This document shows, piece by piece, positions 49,606-58,982 of a stretch of DNA of 64,000 bases (positions within the stretch are counted from its first letter, which is position 1; each line of letters opens with the position of its first letter). The stretch covers positions 5,209 through 69,208 of IMG/VR virus record IMGVR_UViG_3300047481_001175. One strand, written 5' to 3'. This DNA comes from a virus. Under the pieces are notes generated by a model. The model did no database searches, was not told the origin of the DNA, and worked only from the letters and a program-made list of their open reading frames with translations. The position numbers and the translations under genes are program-made.

Positions 49606-50080
49606 TCATTATACAAAGTTAAATAAATCAAATTTATTGATCAGTTATGTCAGTAATCATCTGATAGACAAACTATATCAAATTAAATCTAATTTGACAA
49701 ATTACGATTATGAAACTCCCGATCAAGTAATCACAAAAAATTGTTATTTGTCAAAAAATCAAATAACAAAGTTAGACTGGGAATCAAAAAAAGAAATTGC
49801 AGGTCCAAATTTTCATTATGGGTCTGTGCATCATTTGCACATCTTAGAATTTCCTAAAAACGGAATCTTAGATTATCATCATCATCATAATTTTGAATAT
49901 TATTCTTATGTCATATATATGGACGACATAGGTGGGACAGAATTTTTATTTGATGATACCACATTTCTCGTTCCTAGTGAAAAAGGTAAAATTGTTTGGT
50001 TTCCAAGTGAAATTATGCACAGAGCAATCACGAACGGATTGCCTAGAATAGTAGCAGCTGGCGGAATTATTAAAAAGTAA
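49592..50080 (+). CDS. 2OG-Fe(II) oxygenase
   Basis: HxH..YSYVIY..GGTEF, G..VWFPS..HR and terminal R motifs. Confidence 0.7.
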   Translation: MDFLNHYTKLNKSNLLISYVSNHLIDKLYQIKSNLTNYDYETPDQVITKNCYLSKNQITKLDWESKKEIAGPNFHYGSVHHLHILEFPKNGILDYHHHHNFEYYSYVIYMDDIGGTEFLFDDTTFLVPSEKGKIVWFPSEIMHRAITNGLPRIVAAGGIIKK

Positions 50081-50084
50081 AAAT

Positions 50085-50453
50085 TTAAGCTTTTCGAATC
50101 AATGTTATTGATTTTCTTTTAATTCTTTTAACAATAATATCATTAAGACTAGTACACGGACCTAATAGAATTTTAACGTCTTTTGTACTGACATTCTTAA
50201 TAGCGTAACGAAATACCCCAATCTCTCGGTGAAGAAAGATATTAATGGGGATTTGTCTATTACTTTCCCACCACCACGCCTCTCCTAGTTCTAAAAATCT
50301 GGATTTTTCTTCGTCGCTTCGTATTGATGTATAATCGTAGAAACTAGTGATCTGTTGATCCTGATTGATAATAACGCCCACGTACTCTTGTGTTACGTGT
50401 GTTAATACACTGATAAATGGAAAATTTTCTTGTAAGTTTTCTGTGATTCTCAT
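50085..50453 (-). CDS. Hypothetical protein
   Basis: 122-aa ORF with FPFIS and WWWESNR.IPINIF segments. Confidence 0.6.
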   Translation of the reverse strand: MRITENLQENFPFISVLTHVTQEYVGVIINQDQQITSFYDYTSIRSDEEKSRFLELGEAWWWESNRQIPINIFLHREIGVFRYAIKNVSTKDVKILLGPCTSLNDIIVKRIKRKSITLIRKA

Positions 50454-50483
50454 AGATAAATATGCATAAAGGTCCGCTAAGGT

Positions 50484-51560
50484 ATGCAACTTAACTCAGT
50501 TTATTTATATCCAAACAAAGTTGATGTATTCACAAATCTCGGCGCCTGGAAAACAGAGAGGTATCGCAGAGTGTATAATAGAAATTTAAAAATATATAGA
50601 AGTGTAGATAACAGGATCGATTTCCAGGTAAGAAATTCTGACGAAAAAGCAACTAGTATTGAAAATTATTATATCGTTTTTAAATTAGTATCTGTTGATA
50701 CCCAAGAGCTAATTTTAGAACAAGACTGCACAGTACAATCTGCGGCTACAGGCAAAGTATATGTTACATTAACGGAAACTCAAGTAAGAGATTTAGATTT
50801 AGGATTTTATAGCTATTCTCTTACACAAGAGTCTAGAACATATATTGATACCACAAATTATACAGTTTCATCAAAATCGCCGCTGTATGTAGATGCACAG
50901 TACGAAGTATCTGGACTGATCGAAGTAAACGGTGACTTAAATGGAAATCTATTATCTAGTACTGTAGTTAATAAATTTGATTTTGTAAATCCTGCCACTA
51001 CAGGTTATACAGATCCTTCATACTATGTCAGCAGTATAATAAATTCCAACCCGGAAACAACAACCGGAAATTCATTGCATACATTTCAGTTGTATATGAA
51101 TAATTATACAGGAACTGTAACAGTCCAAGGAAGCCTAAGCGAAGGCGGCGTTCCTCATGTTTGGTCAGATGTATCGGTAAAGAATTATAATGAATCTAAT
51201 TTAGAATATATCAATGTAATAGGAAAATGGAATTGGTTAAGAATAAAACATCAACCGACAAGCCCTAATACGATAGCTAGTTTTACTATACAACAGACTA
51301 TTCTAGGAAATTATATTGTTAATATTGGAAATCGAGGCAAGGCTTATTCAATAGGTCAGGTATTGACTATTCTTGGATCTAATTTAGGAGGAGAATCTCC
51401 TGCCAATGATCTTAATATCACTGTTACTGCTACCAATTCGTTAGGCGGCATAACTGGAATTACATATGCTGGAGTAAGTTACAATGGCGTTAGGACTTAC
51501 ACGCTATCTCCAAATCAAAATATTAATTCCGGAACGCTTGACAAAATACTTTATAGATAG
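50484..51560 (+). CDS. Virion structural protein (baseplate upper-domain-like)
   Basis: Beta-rich; GKVYVTLTE...LDLGFYSY Ig-like pattern; carries a GGESPAND module shared with the 1743-aa protein. Confidence 0.5.
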   Translation: MQLNSVYLYPNKVDVFTNLGAWKTERYRRVYNRNLKIYRSVDNRIDFQVRNSDEKATSIENYYIVFKLVSVDTQELILEQDCTVQSAATGKVYVTLTETQVRDLDLGFYSYSLTQESRTYIDTTNYTVSSKSPLYVDAQYEVSGLIEVNGDLNGNLLSSTVVNKFDFVNPATTGYTDPSYYVSSIINSNPETTTGNSLHTFQLYMNNYTGTVTVQGSLSEGGVPHVWSDVSVKNYNESNLEYINVIGKWNWLRIKHQPTSPNTIASFTIQQTILGNYIVNIGNRGKAYSIGQVLTILGSNLGGESPANDLNITVTATNSLGGITGITYAGVSYNGVRTYTLSPNQNINSGTLDKILYR

Positions 51561-51566
51561 TACAAT
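51538..51566 (+). promoter_or_regulatory. Sigma70-type promoter for primase-helicase
   Basis: TTGACA-17 bp-TACAAT; ATG 6 nt downstream. Confidence 0.7.
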
Positions 51567-51572
51567 TAATCT

Positions 51573-52601
51573 ATGACTATGGTCGTAGATAAATTTCGTA
51601 CACTGCTCCCTCCTCGAGCCAAACAAAGCCCCAGCGGTTGGACATCATTCAATGCACCCTGTTGCCAGCATCGCGGCCATAGTCCAGATACTCGTAAACG
51701 GGGAGGAATTCGATTTGACGGCAACGGCATAGTCTATAACTGTTTCAACTGCAAGTTTTCCACAGGATGGCAACCCGGTTCACCGTTTGGCGAAAAGATG
51801 AAGAGTTTGAGTCGCTGGTTAGGTGCAGGCGAAGATGATATTAAAACTATGGTGTTCGAAGCTCTTAAAACCGAAGCCGACGAGTTTGAATCGATCGAAC
51901 ATCAGCCTAAAGTAGAATTTGAAGACAAACCACTTCCAGAACACGCGATGAGTTTAATGGATTGGAGCAACATTGTCGAAGGCGAAATAGAAGAAAAGAT
52001 AGGGCCTGACTTTATTGAAGTTTTAAGGTACTTGATGTCAAGGGGTTATGATAATCCGTTTGATTATGATTTTTATTGGAGTCCTACTCCGGGCTACATA
52101 GACAGGGTCATTGTTCCTTTCCGTTGGCAAGGACGTATAGTTGGCAACACTGCTAGAAAAATCACAGACGGTAAACCAAAATACTTATCAGATCAACATT
52201 CACATTTTGTTTTCAATTTTGATCAACAGATAGAAGATCAAAAGTATATATTTGTGTGCGAAGGGCCGTTTGATGCATTGTCAATTAATGGTGTAGCTCT
52301 GCTAACTAATGATATCGCAGATCAACAAGCTAGAATCATTAACAGTCTAGGTGCAGAGGTTATAGTTGTTCCTGACCAAGACGAAGCAGGCCTACAGTTA
52401 ATAAACAAAGCTATACATTATAATTGGTCAGTAGCTTTTCCTACCTGGGACAACGATGTTAAAGATTGTGCCGATGCTGTTAAAAAATACGGCAAACTAT
52501 TTACTGTAGTAGACCTTATTAAAACAGCACAACAGGGAGAAATAAAAATAACGATGTCTATGAATTCATTAAAAAAGAAGTTATACTTAAATTATGATTA
52601 A
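51573..52601 (+). CDS. DNA primase
   Basis: Zn-binding PCC...YNCFNC; TOPRIM VCEGPFDA, PDQD..G and KD..D motifs. Confidence 0.88.
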   Translation: MTMVVDKFRTLLPPRAKQSPSGWTSFNAPCCQHRGHSPDTRKRGGIRFDGNGIVYNCFNCKFSTGWQPGSPFGEKMKSLSRWLGAGEDDIKTMVFEALKTEADEFESIEHQPKVEFEDKPLPEHAMSLMDWSNIVEGEIEEKIGPDFIEVLRYLMSRGYDNPFDYDFYWSPTPGYIDRVIVPFRWQGRIVGNTARKITDGKPKYLSDQHSHFVFNFDQQIEDQKYIFVCEGPFDALSINGVALLTNDIADQQARIINSLGAEVIVVPDQDEAGLQLINKAIHYNWSVAFPTWDNDVKDCADAVKKYGKLFTVVDLIKTAQQGEIKITMSMNSLKKKLYLNYD

Positions 52602-54039
52602 AGATTACGGATACGAAGTACAAAAATTATATCTCGAACTTATGCTGGCAGATGCTGAAGTATTTGTTCGTTGCCAGGGAATTTTCGATCACACATTGTT
52701 TGAAAGAAAATTGCAAGATGCTGCAGAATTTATAAATGTCTATGCCAAAGAATATTCTGTGATGCCAGACTTTGACATGGTCAATGCAAGTTGTAGAACT
52801 GATCTTAAAAAACCAGAGGATATTAAAGATGGTCATAAAGATTGGCTAATGGACGAGTTTGAAAACTTTACTCGACACAAAGCTCTAGAACGTGCGATTA
52901 TTGAATCAGCAGATCTTTTAGAAAAGAAAGATTACGGTCAGGTAGAATCAAAGATCAAAGAAGCAGTACAGATATCTCTGACCAAAGATCTAGGCACCGA
53001 TTACTTTGAAGATCCTAGAGCCAGATTGATGCGGATCAAAGACAAGAATGGTCAGATCTCTACAGGTTGGCCTAGTCTTGATCGTAGACTGTTTGGTGGT
53101 ATGAACAGAGGCGAACTCAATATCTTCGCCGGCGGATCAGGTGCAGGTAAATCTTTGTTCTTGGCCAATCTAGGTGTTAACTGGTGTTTGCAAGGACTTA
53201 ATGTTTTGTATCTAACATTAGAACTTTCGGAAGACCTAGTAGCAATGCGTATTGATGCAATGACCACAGGAATTTCAACTAAAGAGATTTTTAAGGATCT
53301 AGAAAATGTTGAAATGAAAGTTCGTGTTATCGGTAAAAAAGCAGGCAAGTTACAGATCAAATATATGCCTTCAGGAAAGACTGCTAATGATCTTAGAGCA
53401 TATATGAAAGAATTTGAGATTAAGACAGGTTCTAAGATCGATGTGCTGTTAGTAGATTACTTAGACTTACTGATGCCCGCCAGTCGTAAGATTTCAGCAG
53501 AAAACTTGTTTATCAAGGACAAATATGTTTCTGAAGAGTTGAGAAATCTATCTATGGAAAAACAAGTTATACTAGTAACGGCAGCACAGTTAAATCGTGG
53601 GGCTGTAGAAGAAGTAGAATTTGATCACAGTCATATTTCGGGCGGTCTTTCAAAGATTCAAACAGCAGATAACGTATTTGGTATCTTTACTAGTCGTGCT
53701 ATGCGAGAACGTGGACGCTATCAGATACAGTTAATGAAAACTCGTTCTAGCTCGGGAGTAGGACAGAAAGTAGATCTTGAATTTAATCTCGAAACATTGA
53801 AGATCAGCGATTTACCTGAAGAAGAACAGGAAAGTAACAATGGCGCTAACAGGGGCGCAAGTAGTATTATAGATTCAATCAAACGTAAAACAGAAGTGCA
53901 AAAAGTAGACCAAGAAACAGGTGAAATTAATCCCACCCAAGGCGCTAGTTTAGGCAAAGTTCGGGCTAACGTAGAATCAACAAAACTACGAGAGATCTTG
54001 AATAGCATGGGTAGTGATGATGAAGACGCACCGTTTTGA
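52594..54039 (+). CDS. Replicative DNA helicase (DnaB/T4 gp41-like)
   Basis: STGWPSLD, GGSGAGKS, LELSE, VDYLDL, AQLNR and MKTR motifs. Confidence 0.92.
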   Translation: MIKDYGYEVQKLYLELMLADAEVFVRCQGIFDHTLFERKLQDAAEFINVYAKEYSVMPDFDMVNASCRTDLKKPEDIKDGHKDWLMDEFENFTRHKALERAIIESADLLEKKDYGQVESKIKEAVQISLTKDLGTDYFEDPRARLMRIKDKNGQISTGWPSLDRRLFGGMNRGELNIFAGGSGAGKSLFLANLGVNWCLQGLNVLYLTLELSEDLVAMRIDAMTTGISTKEIFKDLENVEMKVRVIGKKAGKLQIKYMPSGKTANDLRAYMKEFEIKTGSKIDVLLVDYLDLLMPASRKISAENLFIKDKYVSEELRNLSMEKQVILVTAAQLNRGAVEEVEFDHSHISGGLSKIQTADNVFGIFTSRAMRERGRYQIQLMKTRSSSGVGQKVDLEFNLETLKISDLPEEEQESNNGANRGASSIIDSIKRKTEVQKVDQETGEINPTQGASLGKVRANVESTKLREILNSMGSDDEDAPF

Positions 54040-54271
54040 ACTAGGACGTTTTTTACCTAGCGAAGCAGATGATTCGGGTAACATCTACATAGATTGGCCG
54101 GCTATACATCGTCAAGCAGGCCTAGACTGTGTTCAATGGCTGAAATCTCAGGATGCTTCACAGTGCCAAATAGTAGTGGAACAAAGACCCGCAGAAGTCC
54201 ATTTGTATATGATGGCCGAAATCTACTCAGATAAGTTAGCGACCTTATATAGCCTTTTATGGGCTAAATAA
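54014..54271 (+). CDS. Hypothetical protein
   Basis: 85-aa ORF. Confidence 0.5.
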   Translation: MMMKTHRFELGRFLPSEADDSGNIYIDWPAIHRQAGLDCVQWLKSQDASQCQIVVEQRPAEVHLYMMAEIYSDKLATLYSLLWAK

Positions 54272-54274
54272 TGG

Positions 54275-54619
54275 ATGCGAACAAAAGAGTTTATTGTTGA
54301 AAGAAAAATGCCTGAACGTAAAGGGGGACCTTTACGTGCAACATTTCAATATCCTAAAATGCCTAGTTCCGATCCGTATCAGGCCTATAGATTTGGTATG
54401 GCTATGGCAGATCATACACTAACCCACGCAGTAGGACCAACAGAAAGAAATGCAGTAATTGTGGCATATACTGATGAAGAACTCGATATAATCCGAGGCG
54501 CAGAACGTCAAACAGGACATCGAGGTGTGCAGGTTGCTGATACCAAAAGTCGAGAACCAAAGTCTACAGACACTCAAAGTCCAGTGGCTCGTATCAAGAG
54601 AAATAAACACGGAGTTTAG
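54275..54619 (+). CDS. Putative internal head protein
   Basis: N-terminus MRTKEFIVE resembles a capsid targeting sequence; 4 nt after TAAATA. Confidence 0.5.
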   Translation: MRTKEFIVERKMPERKGGPLRATFQYPKMPSSDPYQAYRFGMAMADHTLTHAVGPTERNAVIVAYTDEELDIIRGAERQTGHRGVQVADTKSREPKSTDTQSPVARIKRNKHGV

Positions 54620-55333
54620 ATGAGATTACGACAGCTCGATGAACAACTAGATATCGTTACTGTAAATCGACGTTTAAATCCTAAGATATGGGATCGCGAT
54701 GATTTAAGGCCAGAAGTCAGGGATAAACTGATAGAAATCGCGTCTGCATTTGAAGAATTCATAGGAGTTGATCTTGATATTGTTGATTATACCATCACAG
54801 GATCTAATGCCAATTACACCTGGACAGAATACTCAGATTTGGATCTACATCTTATTATTCCAGGAACACCTTCGGACGAACAGCGTGAATTATTCAATGC
54901 TAAAAAGAGTCTATGGAGCGAGCAACACGATATCAGCATTCGCGGACTGCCTGTAGAATGTTATGTTCAAGGACAAGACGAACCACATCACTCCACAGGT
55001 GTATATAGTCTAACTGATCAAAAATGGTTGGTAGAACCAAAGAAAGTCAAACCTGATCTTGACGACAGCGCCATCGAAGCTAAAAAAGACAGTATACTAG
55101 CTCAGATACAACAAGCCCTGCTCAGCAAAGATCTAGATAAATTACGAGCTATCAAAGATAAAATAACACAGATGCGTAAAGCGGGGTTAACTCGTGCCGG
55201 TGAATGGTCAGTGGAGAATCTGGTATTTAAGATCCTGCGTAATCTAGGATTAATCGACCAGATCACAGAAAAAATCCGTGAGCTGGAAGATCAACAACTT
55301 AGTTTAGAACAGCAGAATAATCTGTTAGATTAA
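54620..55333 (+). CDS. Pol-beta superfamily nucleotidyltransferase
   Basis: TGSNANY....SDLDLH (GS..DxD) plus PVECYV third acidic residue. Confidence 0.7.
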   Translation: MRLRQLDEQLDIVTVNRRLNPKIWDRDDLRPEVRDKLIEIASAFEEFIGVDLDIVDYTITGSNANYTWTEYSDLDLHLIIPGTPSDEQRELFNAKKSLWSEQHDISIRGLPVECYVQGQDEPHHSTGVYSLTDQKWLVEPKKVKPDLDDSAIEAKKDSILAQIQQALLSKDLDKLRAIKDKITQMRKAGLTRAGEWSVENLVFKILRNLGLIDQITEKIRELEDQQLSLEQQNNLLD

Positions 55334-55893
55334 GGCAACTTTACGTGCAGGGTATATCTTTTCTGCACATGATCACCATTTAGACAAGAAACCACAGCGA
55401 AATCGTTTTGTTGTTGCTGTATGGATTTCCTTCTAAAGTCCATTATAATCACAGTGTCTTGATCGCTGTGCCTACGTATTAGATCGCTGTAGGTATTGAA
55501 CGGATAATGAAATCCGCAGCTGATCCAACTGCAGATCAAATCGAATTTTATATCTTGAGGAATCACAGGATTTGCAGCATCTACGAATGTATACTGCATA
55601 CCCTGTGATTGGTAATGCTGTTCTAGATCTTGTCTGGTGCGATAAAACTTAAAATCGTCAACAGCACCGTACTTGGCTTTTCTAGGTCTATTTTTAGTAG
55701 TTTCAAAATCACCATCCATCAACCATAGTTCGCTGCCGTGATTTTTTTGAAATAATTCGCTGACTTTGGCATAGCCTGCACCGATGTCTAGGATACGTCT
55801 AGGTGGCTGTTTGAGATAGGCCGTGACTATATCATAGACATCTTCTCGGCTTTTAATATAAGCTGGGCTGAGCCAGCCGTAGTCGTCAATCAT
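55330..55893 (-). CDS. Class I SAM methyltransferase
   Basis: ILDIGAG, LMDG and FDLICSWISCGFHYP motifs. Confidence 0.75.
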   Translation of the reverse strand: MIDDYGWLSPAYIKSREDVYDIVTAYLKQPPRRILDIGAGYAKVSELFQKNHGSELWLMDGDFETTKNRPRKAKYGAVDDFKFYRTRQDLEQHYQSQGMQYTFVDAANPVIPQDIKFDLICSWISCGFHYPFNTYSDLIRRHSDQDTVIIMDFRRKSIQQQQNDFAVVSCLNGDHVQKRYTLHVKLP

Positions 55894-56572
55894 TCCTATT
55901 TCCAAAAAGCTGTAACAGGCTAAGGAAGATATTGATAAAGTTGAGATAGAGACTCAGCGCACCCCAAACTTCCATTTTTCCATCGTTTTCATAGCTGACC
56001 ATTTCACGTAGACGCTGTGTGTCGTAGGCTGTCAGTCCTAGAAACACCAGGACAGCGATCGCTGAAATTACCATCTGCATCACGGTTGAACCAATAAACA
56101 CATTGATCACTGAAGCGATGATGATAGCGATCAGTCCCACGAATAAGAACTGACCAAAGCTGGTCAGATCACGTTTGGTGAAATAACCATAAAAACTCAT
56201 AACACCAAACAGCACGGCCGCGCTCATAAACGCTGACACGATACTGCCCATATTGAAGACAACAAATATAGTGGCGAAACTCAGACCCATCAAGGCAGCA
56301 AATCCGTGTAGGAAAATCTGCAGACTGCCCTTGCTCATACGGTCATAGGCCAAGCTGCCCCCTAGGATAGCCACCAATGGCGCAAAGATCACCAGCCATT
56401 TCATCCATCCAGTAAAGAAAAAAGCCATCAGCGCCGGCGATGCGCTGACCAAAACGCTGACTATCATACTGGTCAGCACGGCCAACATCATATGACCGTA
56501 GATACGGCCCATGGCTGAATTGATCGCACTGGCCGATCTAGAAATACCTGTGTGCATCACTGTGTCAAACAT
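55886..56572 (-). CDS. Bax inhibitor-1 / YccA family membrane protein
   Basis: About seven hydrophobic segments; YGYFTKRDLT, GLTAYDTQ and ALSLYLNFINIF motifs. Confidence 0.9.
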   Translation of the reverse strand: MFDTVMHTGISRSASAINSAMGRIYGHMMLAVLTSMIVSVLVSASPALMAFFFTGWMKWLVIFAPLVAILGGSLAYDRMSKGSLQIFLHGFAALMGLSFATIFVVFNMGSIVSAFMSAAVLFGVMSFYGYFTKRDLTSFGQFLFVGLIAIIIASVINVFIGSTVMQMVISAIAVLVFLGLTAYDTQRLREMVSYENDGKMEVWGALSLYLNFINIFLSLLQLFGNRND

Positions 56573-56601
56573 TTGGACTCCTTGTAGTTGATTGTATAAC
56601 A

Positions 56602-56630
56602 ATTATACAGTATAATATTTACTTGGTCAA
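56602..56630 (-). promoter_or_regulatory. Sigma70-type promoter for the BI-1/YccA gene
   Basis: Minus strand TTGACC-17 bp-TATAAT followed by SD AAGGAG. Confidence 0.7.
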
Positions 56631-56697
56631 CAAAAGAACCCAGGTAATTCAGGGTTTTTTCCAAAGTTCAATAAATACGCATATAATAGGATTCAAA

Positions 56698-57132
56698 ATG
56701 CTCTACGTAATACAAGACCTCCGAGATGATCTACTGGCACTGATCGAAGACGATCCAGTACGCCCAGAATTAGCCGCTGAGTTTAGGGTCAATGAAAACT
56801 CACGGATCTTCGTGCTCCGAGACGATCAAGGCAGTGCTCTGGCAGTGACCTGTGTGAAGTTTCTCAACGAGATTCCTGAAAGTGTGGAAGATCTCGCTGA
56901 TCTAGCGGTAAATTCCAATACCGCTGTGTTCTATACCATTTGGAGCTATGCGCAGGGTGCAGGACGTAGATTGATCCAAGAAGCCAAACAGTACATCGCA
57001 GAGCATCGGCCCGAAGTCAAGACCTATGTGACACTGAGTCCTAAAACAGATATGGCTCGTAGATTCCACCTGAAAAATGGTGCGGAAGTCTACAGAGAAA
57101 ATCCCGACACTGTGAACTATCTCTACAGATAG
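56698..57132 (+). CDS. GNAT-fold protein resembling the malonyl-CoA decarboxylase catalytic domain
   Basis: AVFYTIWS..GAGRRLI...TYVTLSP...RFHLKNGA. Confidence 0.55.
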   Translation: MLYVIQDLRDDLLALIEDDPVRPELAAEFRVNENSRIFVLRDDQGSALAVTCVKFLNEIPESVEDLADLAVNSNTAVFYTIWSYAQGAGRRLIQEAKQYIAEHRPEVKTYVTLSPKTDMARRFHLKNGAEVYRENPDTVNYLYR

Positions 57133-57339
57133 TTATCTACGCTGTGAGGGAGTGTATCTCTCCAAGAAACCCTGCCATTGATCACCGGTGCGCTCAGTGA
57201 GACCCTGGGCTAATTGATCTGCACGACTCTGTGCTAGCGTGCGCTGATGCAGTTGGAATCTAGCCCCTGTGAGATCCTGGCTGACCTGGGTTTCTCCTGT
57301 GACAGAGTTACGAGCTTTGGCTATGAGATATTGTTGCAT
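57133..57339 (-). CDS. Hypothetical protein
   Basis: 68 aa; start 5 nt after TAAATA. Confidence 0.55.
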   Translation of the reverse strand: MQQYLIAKARNSVTGETQVSQDLTGARFQLHQRTLAQSRADQLAQGLTERTGDQWQGFLERYTPSQRR

Positions 57340-57349
57340 ATAGATATTT

Positions 57350-57838
57350 ATGCTAATCGAACAGAGTGCGCACGATCCTGCTCTGTTCAGGATAACGCAT
57401 AAGCCATATGTCCGCATACCAAGGATTACTAAACAGCAGCCACCAATCCACAGGCACGGCCGCATTATAGACTTCAGTGTTGACCCAGCTGCGAGGCCAG
57501 TAATGCACCGAATCGCTCCACGAGATCAACAACTGCTGCTGTGCAGAGTGGAACTGCTCAAGGTACACGATCAACATCAAGTATTTACTGATTTCCATAA
57601 ATATCACTGTATGATCACTGTAGAAGCTCAGCTGTCAGGTCAGGCGGTTTTATCGGGCCCCCAAGGCAGGATATTGATCCGCGATCTAGTGTGGTTGCCC
57701 TTGGATCGGCAGGACATCCTGGAGATCTATTATTGGCACAGTTGGTGGGTCACACAGGGAGTGTATCACTGCTGTTTTTCAATTCCTGGTAAGGTTTCTC
57801 TGTTGAAAGAACAAGAGCCAGCTGGGCAGATGAGCTAG
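57350..57838 (+). CDS. Hypothetical protein (may start at 57611 instead)
   Basis: Open frame; internal TAAATA at 57598-57603 precedes the ATG at 57611. Confidence 0.4.
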   Translation: MLIEQSAHDPALFRITHKPYVRIPRITKQQPPIHRHGRIIDFSVDPAARPVMHRIAPRDQQLLLCRVELLKVHDQHQVFTDFHKYHCMITVEAQLSGQAVLSGPQGRILIRDLVWLPLDRQDILEIYYWHSWWVTQGVYHCCFSIPGKVSLLKEQEPAGQMS

Positions 57839-57967
57839 GCTCATAGACAGCCACATCAGAGGCATTTCCCAAGATGTGCCGCAGATGCTGGGATGATATA
57901 GGCTGTAGACCAAACCTGCCAAGAACAAGGGTGTGGGCAACAAAGTGAGTAGTGTGTAGTAACGCAT
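57779..57967 (-). CDS. Small membrane protein
   Basis: Two hydrophobic segments; start 4 nt after TAAATA. Confidence 0.5.
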   Translation of the reverse strand: MRYYTLLTLLPTPLFLAGLVYSLYHPSICGTSWEMPLMWLSMSLAHLPSWLLFFQQRNLTRN

Positions 57968-58062
57968 CAAGTATTTAAGTAAAAAAAATTATAGCTGCGA
58001 AGCCCGCGCGATTTTTCAGCGCGAAGCGCCAGCGGTAAGCGGTTTTTTTAGGAGCGACGGCA

Positions 58063-58845
58063 GTGGATCCAGTGACCCTGTTTGCCTTGGCCAATGGTGC
58101 TGTGAAGTTGGTCAAAGAAGGCTGTAAGCTATACAAAGATATCAAAGGTGCTGCGGGCGACGTCAAAGATGTGCTGAAAGATCTTGACGATCAATTCCAC
58201 TCAAAGTTCCGCAACAGAGAACCCACTGTACAAGAACGTAATCAGTACATAGAAGAAAAGAATCGAGTCATAGCCTTAAACAAGCGTGATGGTGAATGTG
58301 CTAACATATACCAAGAAATTGGCAATCACTTGGGCACTTACTATGACAACTATTACAAATGTAAAGCAGTGTTCGATGAAGAAGAACGCAGATCAAAGAC
58401 TGAAGTCTACAATGGAGAAGAAAGCCTAGGACGCAGAGCACTGCAACGTGTACTGATGCGCAAACAGCTGGAACAGATGGGCGCAGAACTGAGAGAACTC
58501 ATGGTCTACCAAAGTCCTCCGGAATTGGGCGCACTGTACACAGAAGTAGAAGAAATGATGCAGCGAGTGGGCCGAGAACAGGCAGGTGCTATACGCATAC
58601 AGATGCAGCGCAATGAAGAATTGGCCAAGATCACAGCTAGACGCAGGAAAAAGATACAGTACAGAATCTTGTGCGGAACATTGACCATTACTGTGATACT
58701 GTATCTAATATGGTTGATGTGGAGCATAGTACAGATAAGGATAGATAGACATCCTGAACTGGGTGTGTGCCTATTGCCCAAAGGTGCACCCTTGTATCGT
58801 GAATACAATAGACTACTATGGGTGGACTGTGAGCCCGGCGTATAA
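58063..58845 (+). CDS. Coiled-coil protein with C-terminal transmembrane helix
   Basis: SD AGGAG and GTG start; helical; TM segment ILCGTLTITVILYLIWLMWSIV. Confidence 0.7.
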   Translation: MDPVTLFALANGAVKLVKEGCKLYKDIKGAAGDVKDVLKDLDDQFHSKFRNREPTVQERNQYIEEKNRVIALNKRDGECANIYQEIGNHLGTYYDNYYKCKAVFDEEERRSKTEVYNGEESLGRRALQRVLMRKQLEQMGAELRELMVYQSPPELGALYTEVEEMMQRVGREQAGAIRIQMQRNEELAKITARRRKKIQYRILCGTLTITVILYLIWLMWSIVQIRIDRHPELGVCLLPKGAPLYREYNRLLWVDCEPGV

Positions 58846-58982
58846 GCAGGGAAAAAATTTGGTCGCGCAAAAAATTTGGGTGGAGTACTTAGCTTTTCAA
58901 GGTGGTGATTTTTGACCCCTACCAAAATTGCTGTAGTTAGTGTGCGCTAACATACATGCCGGTCCGCCACCATGCCCCACCA

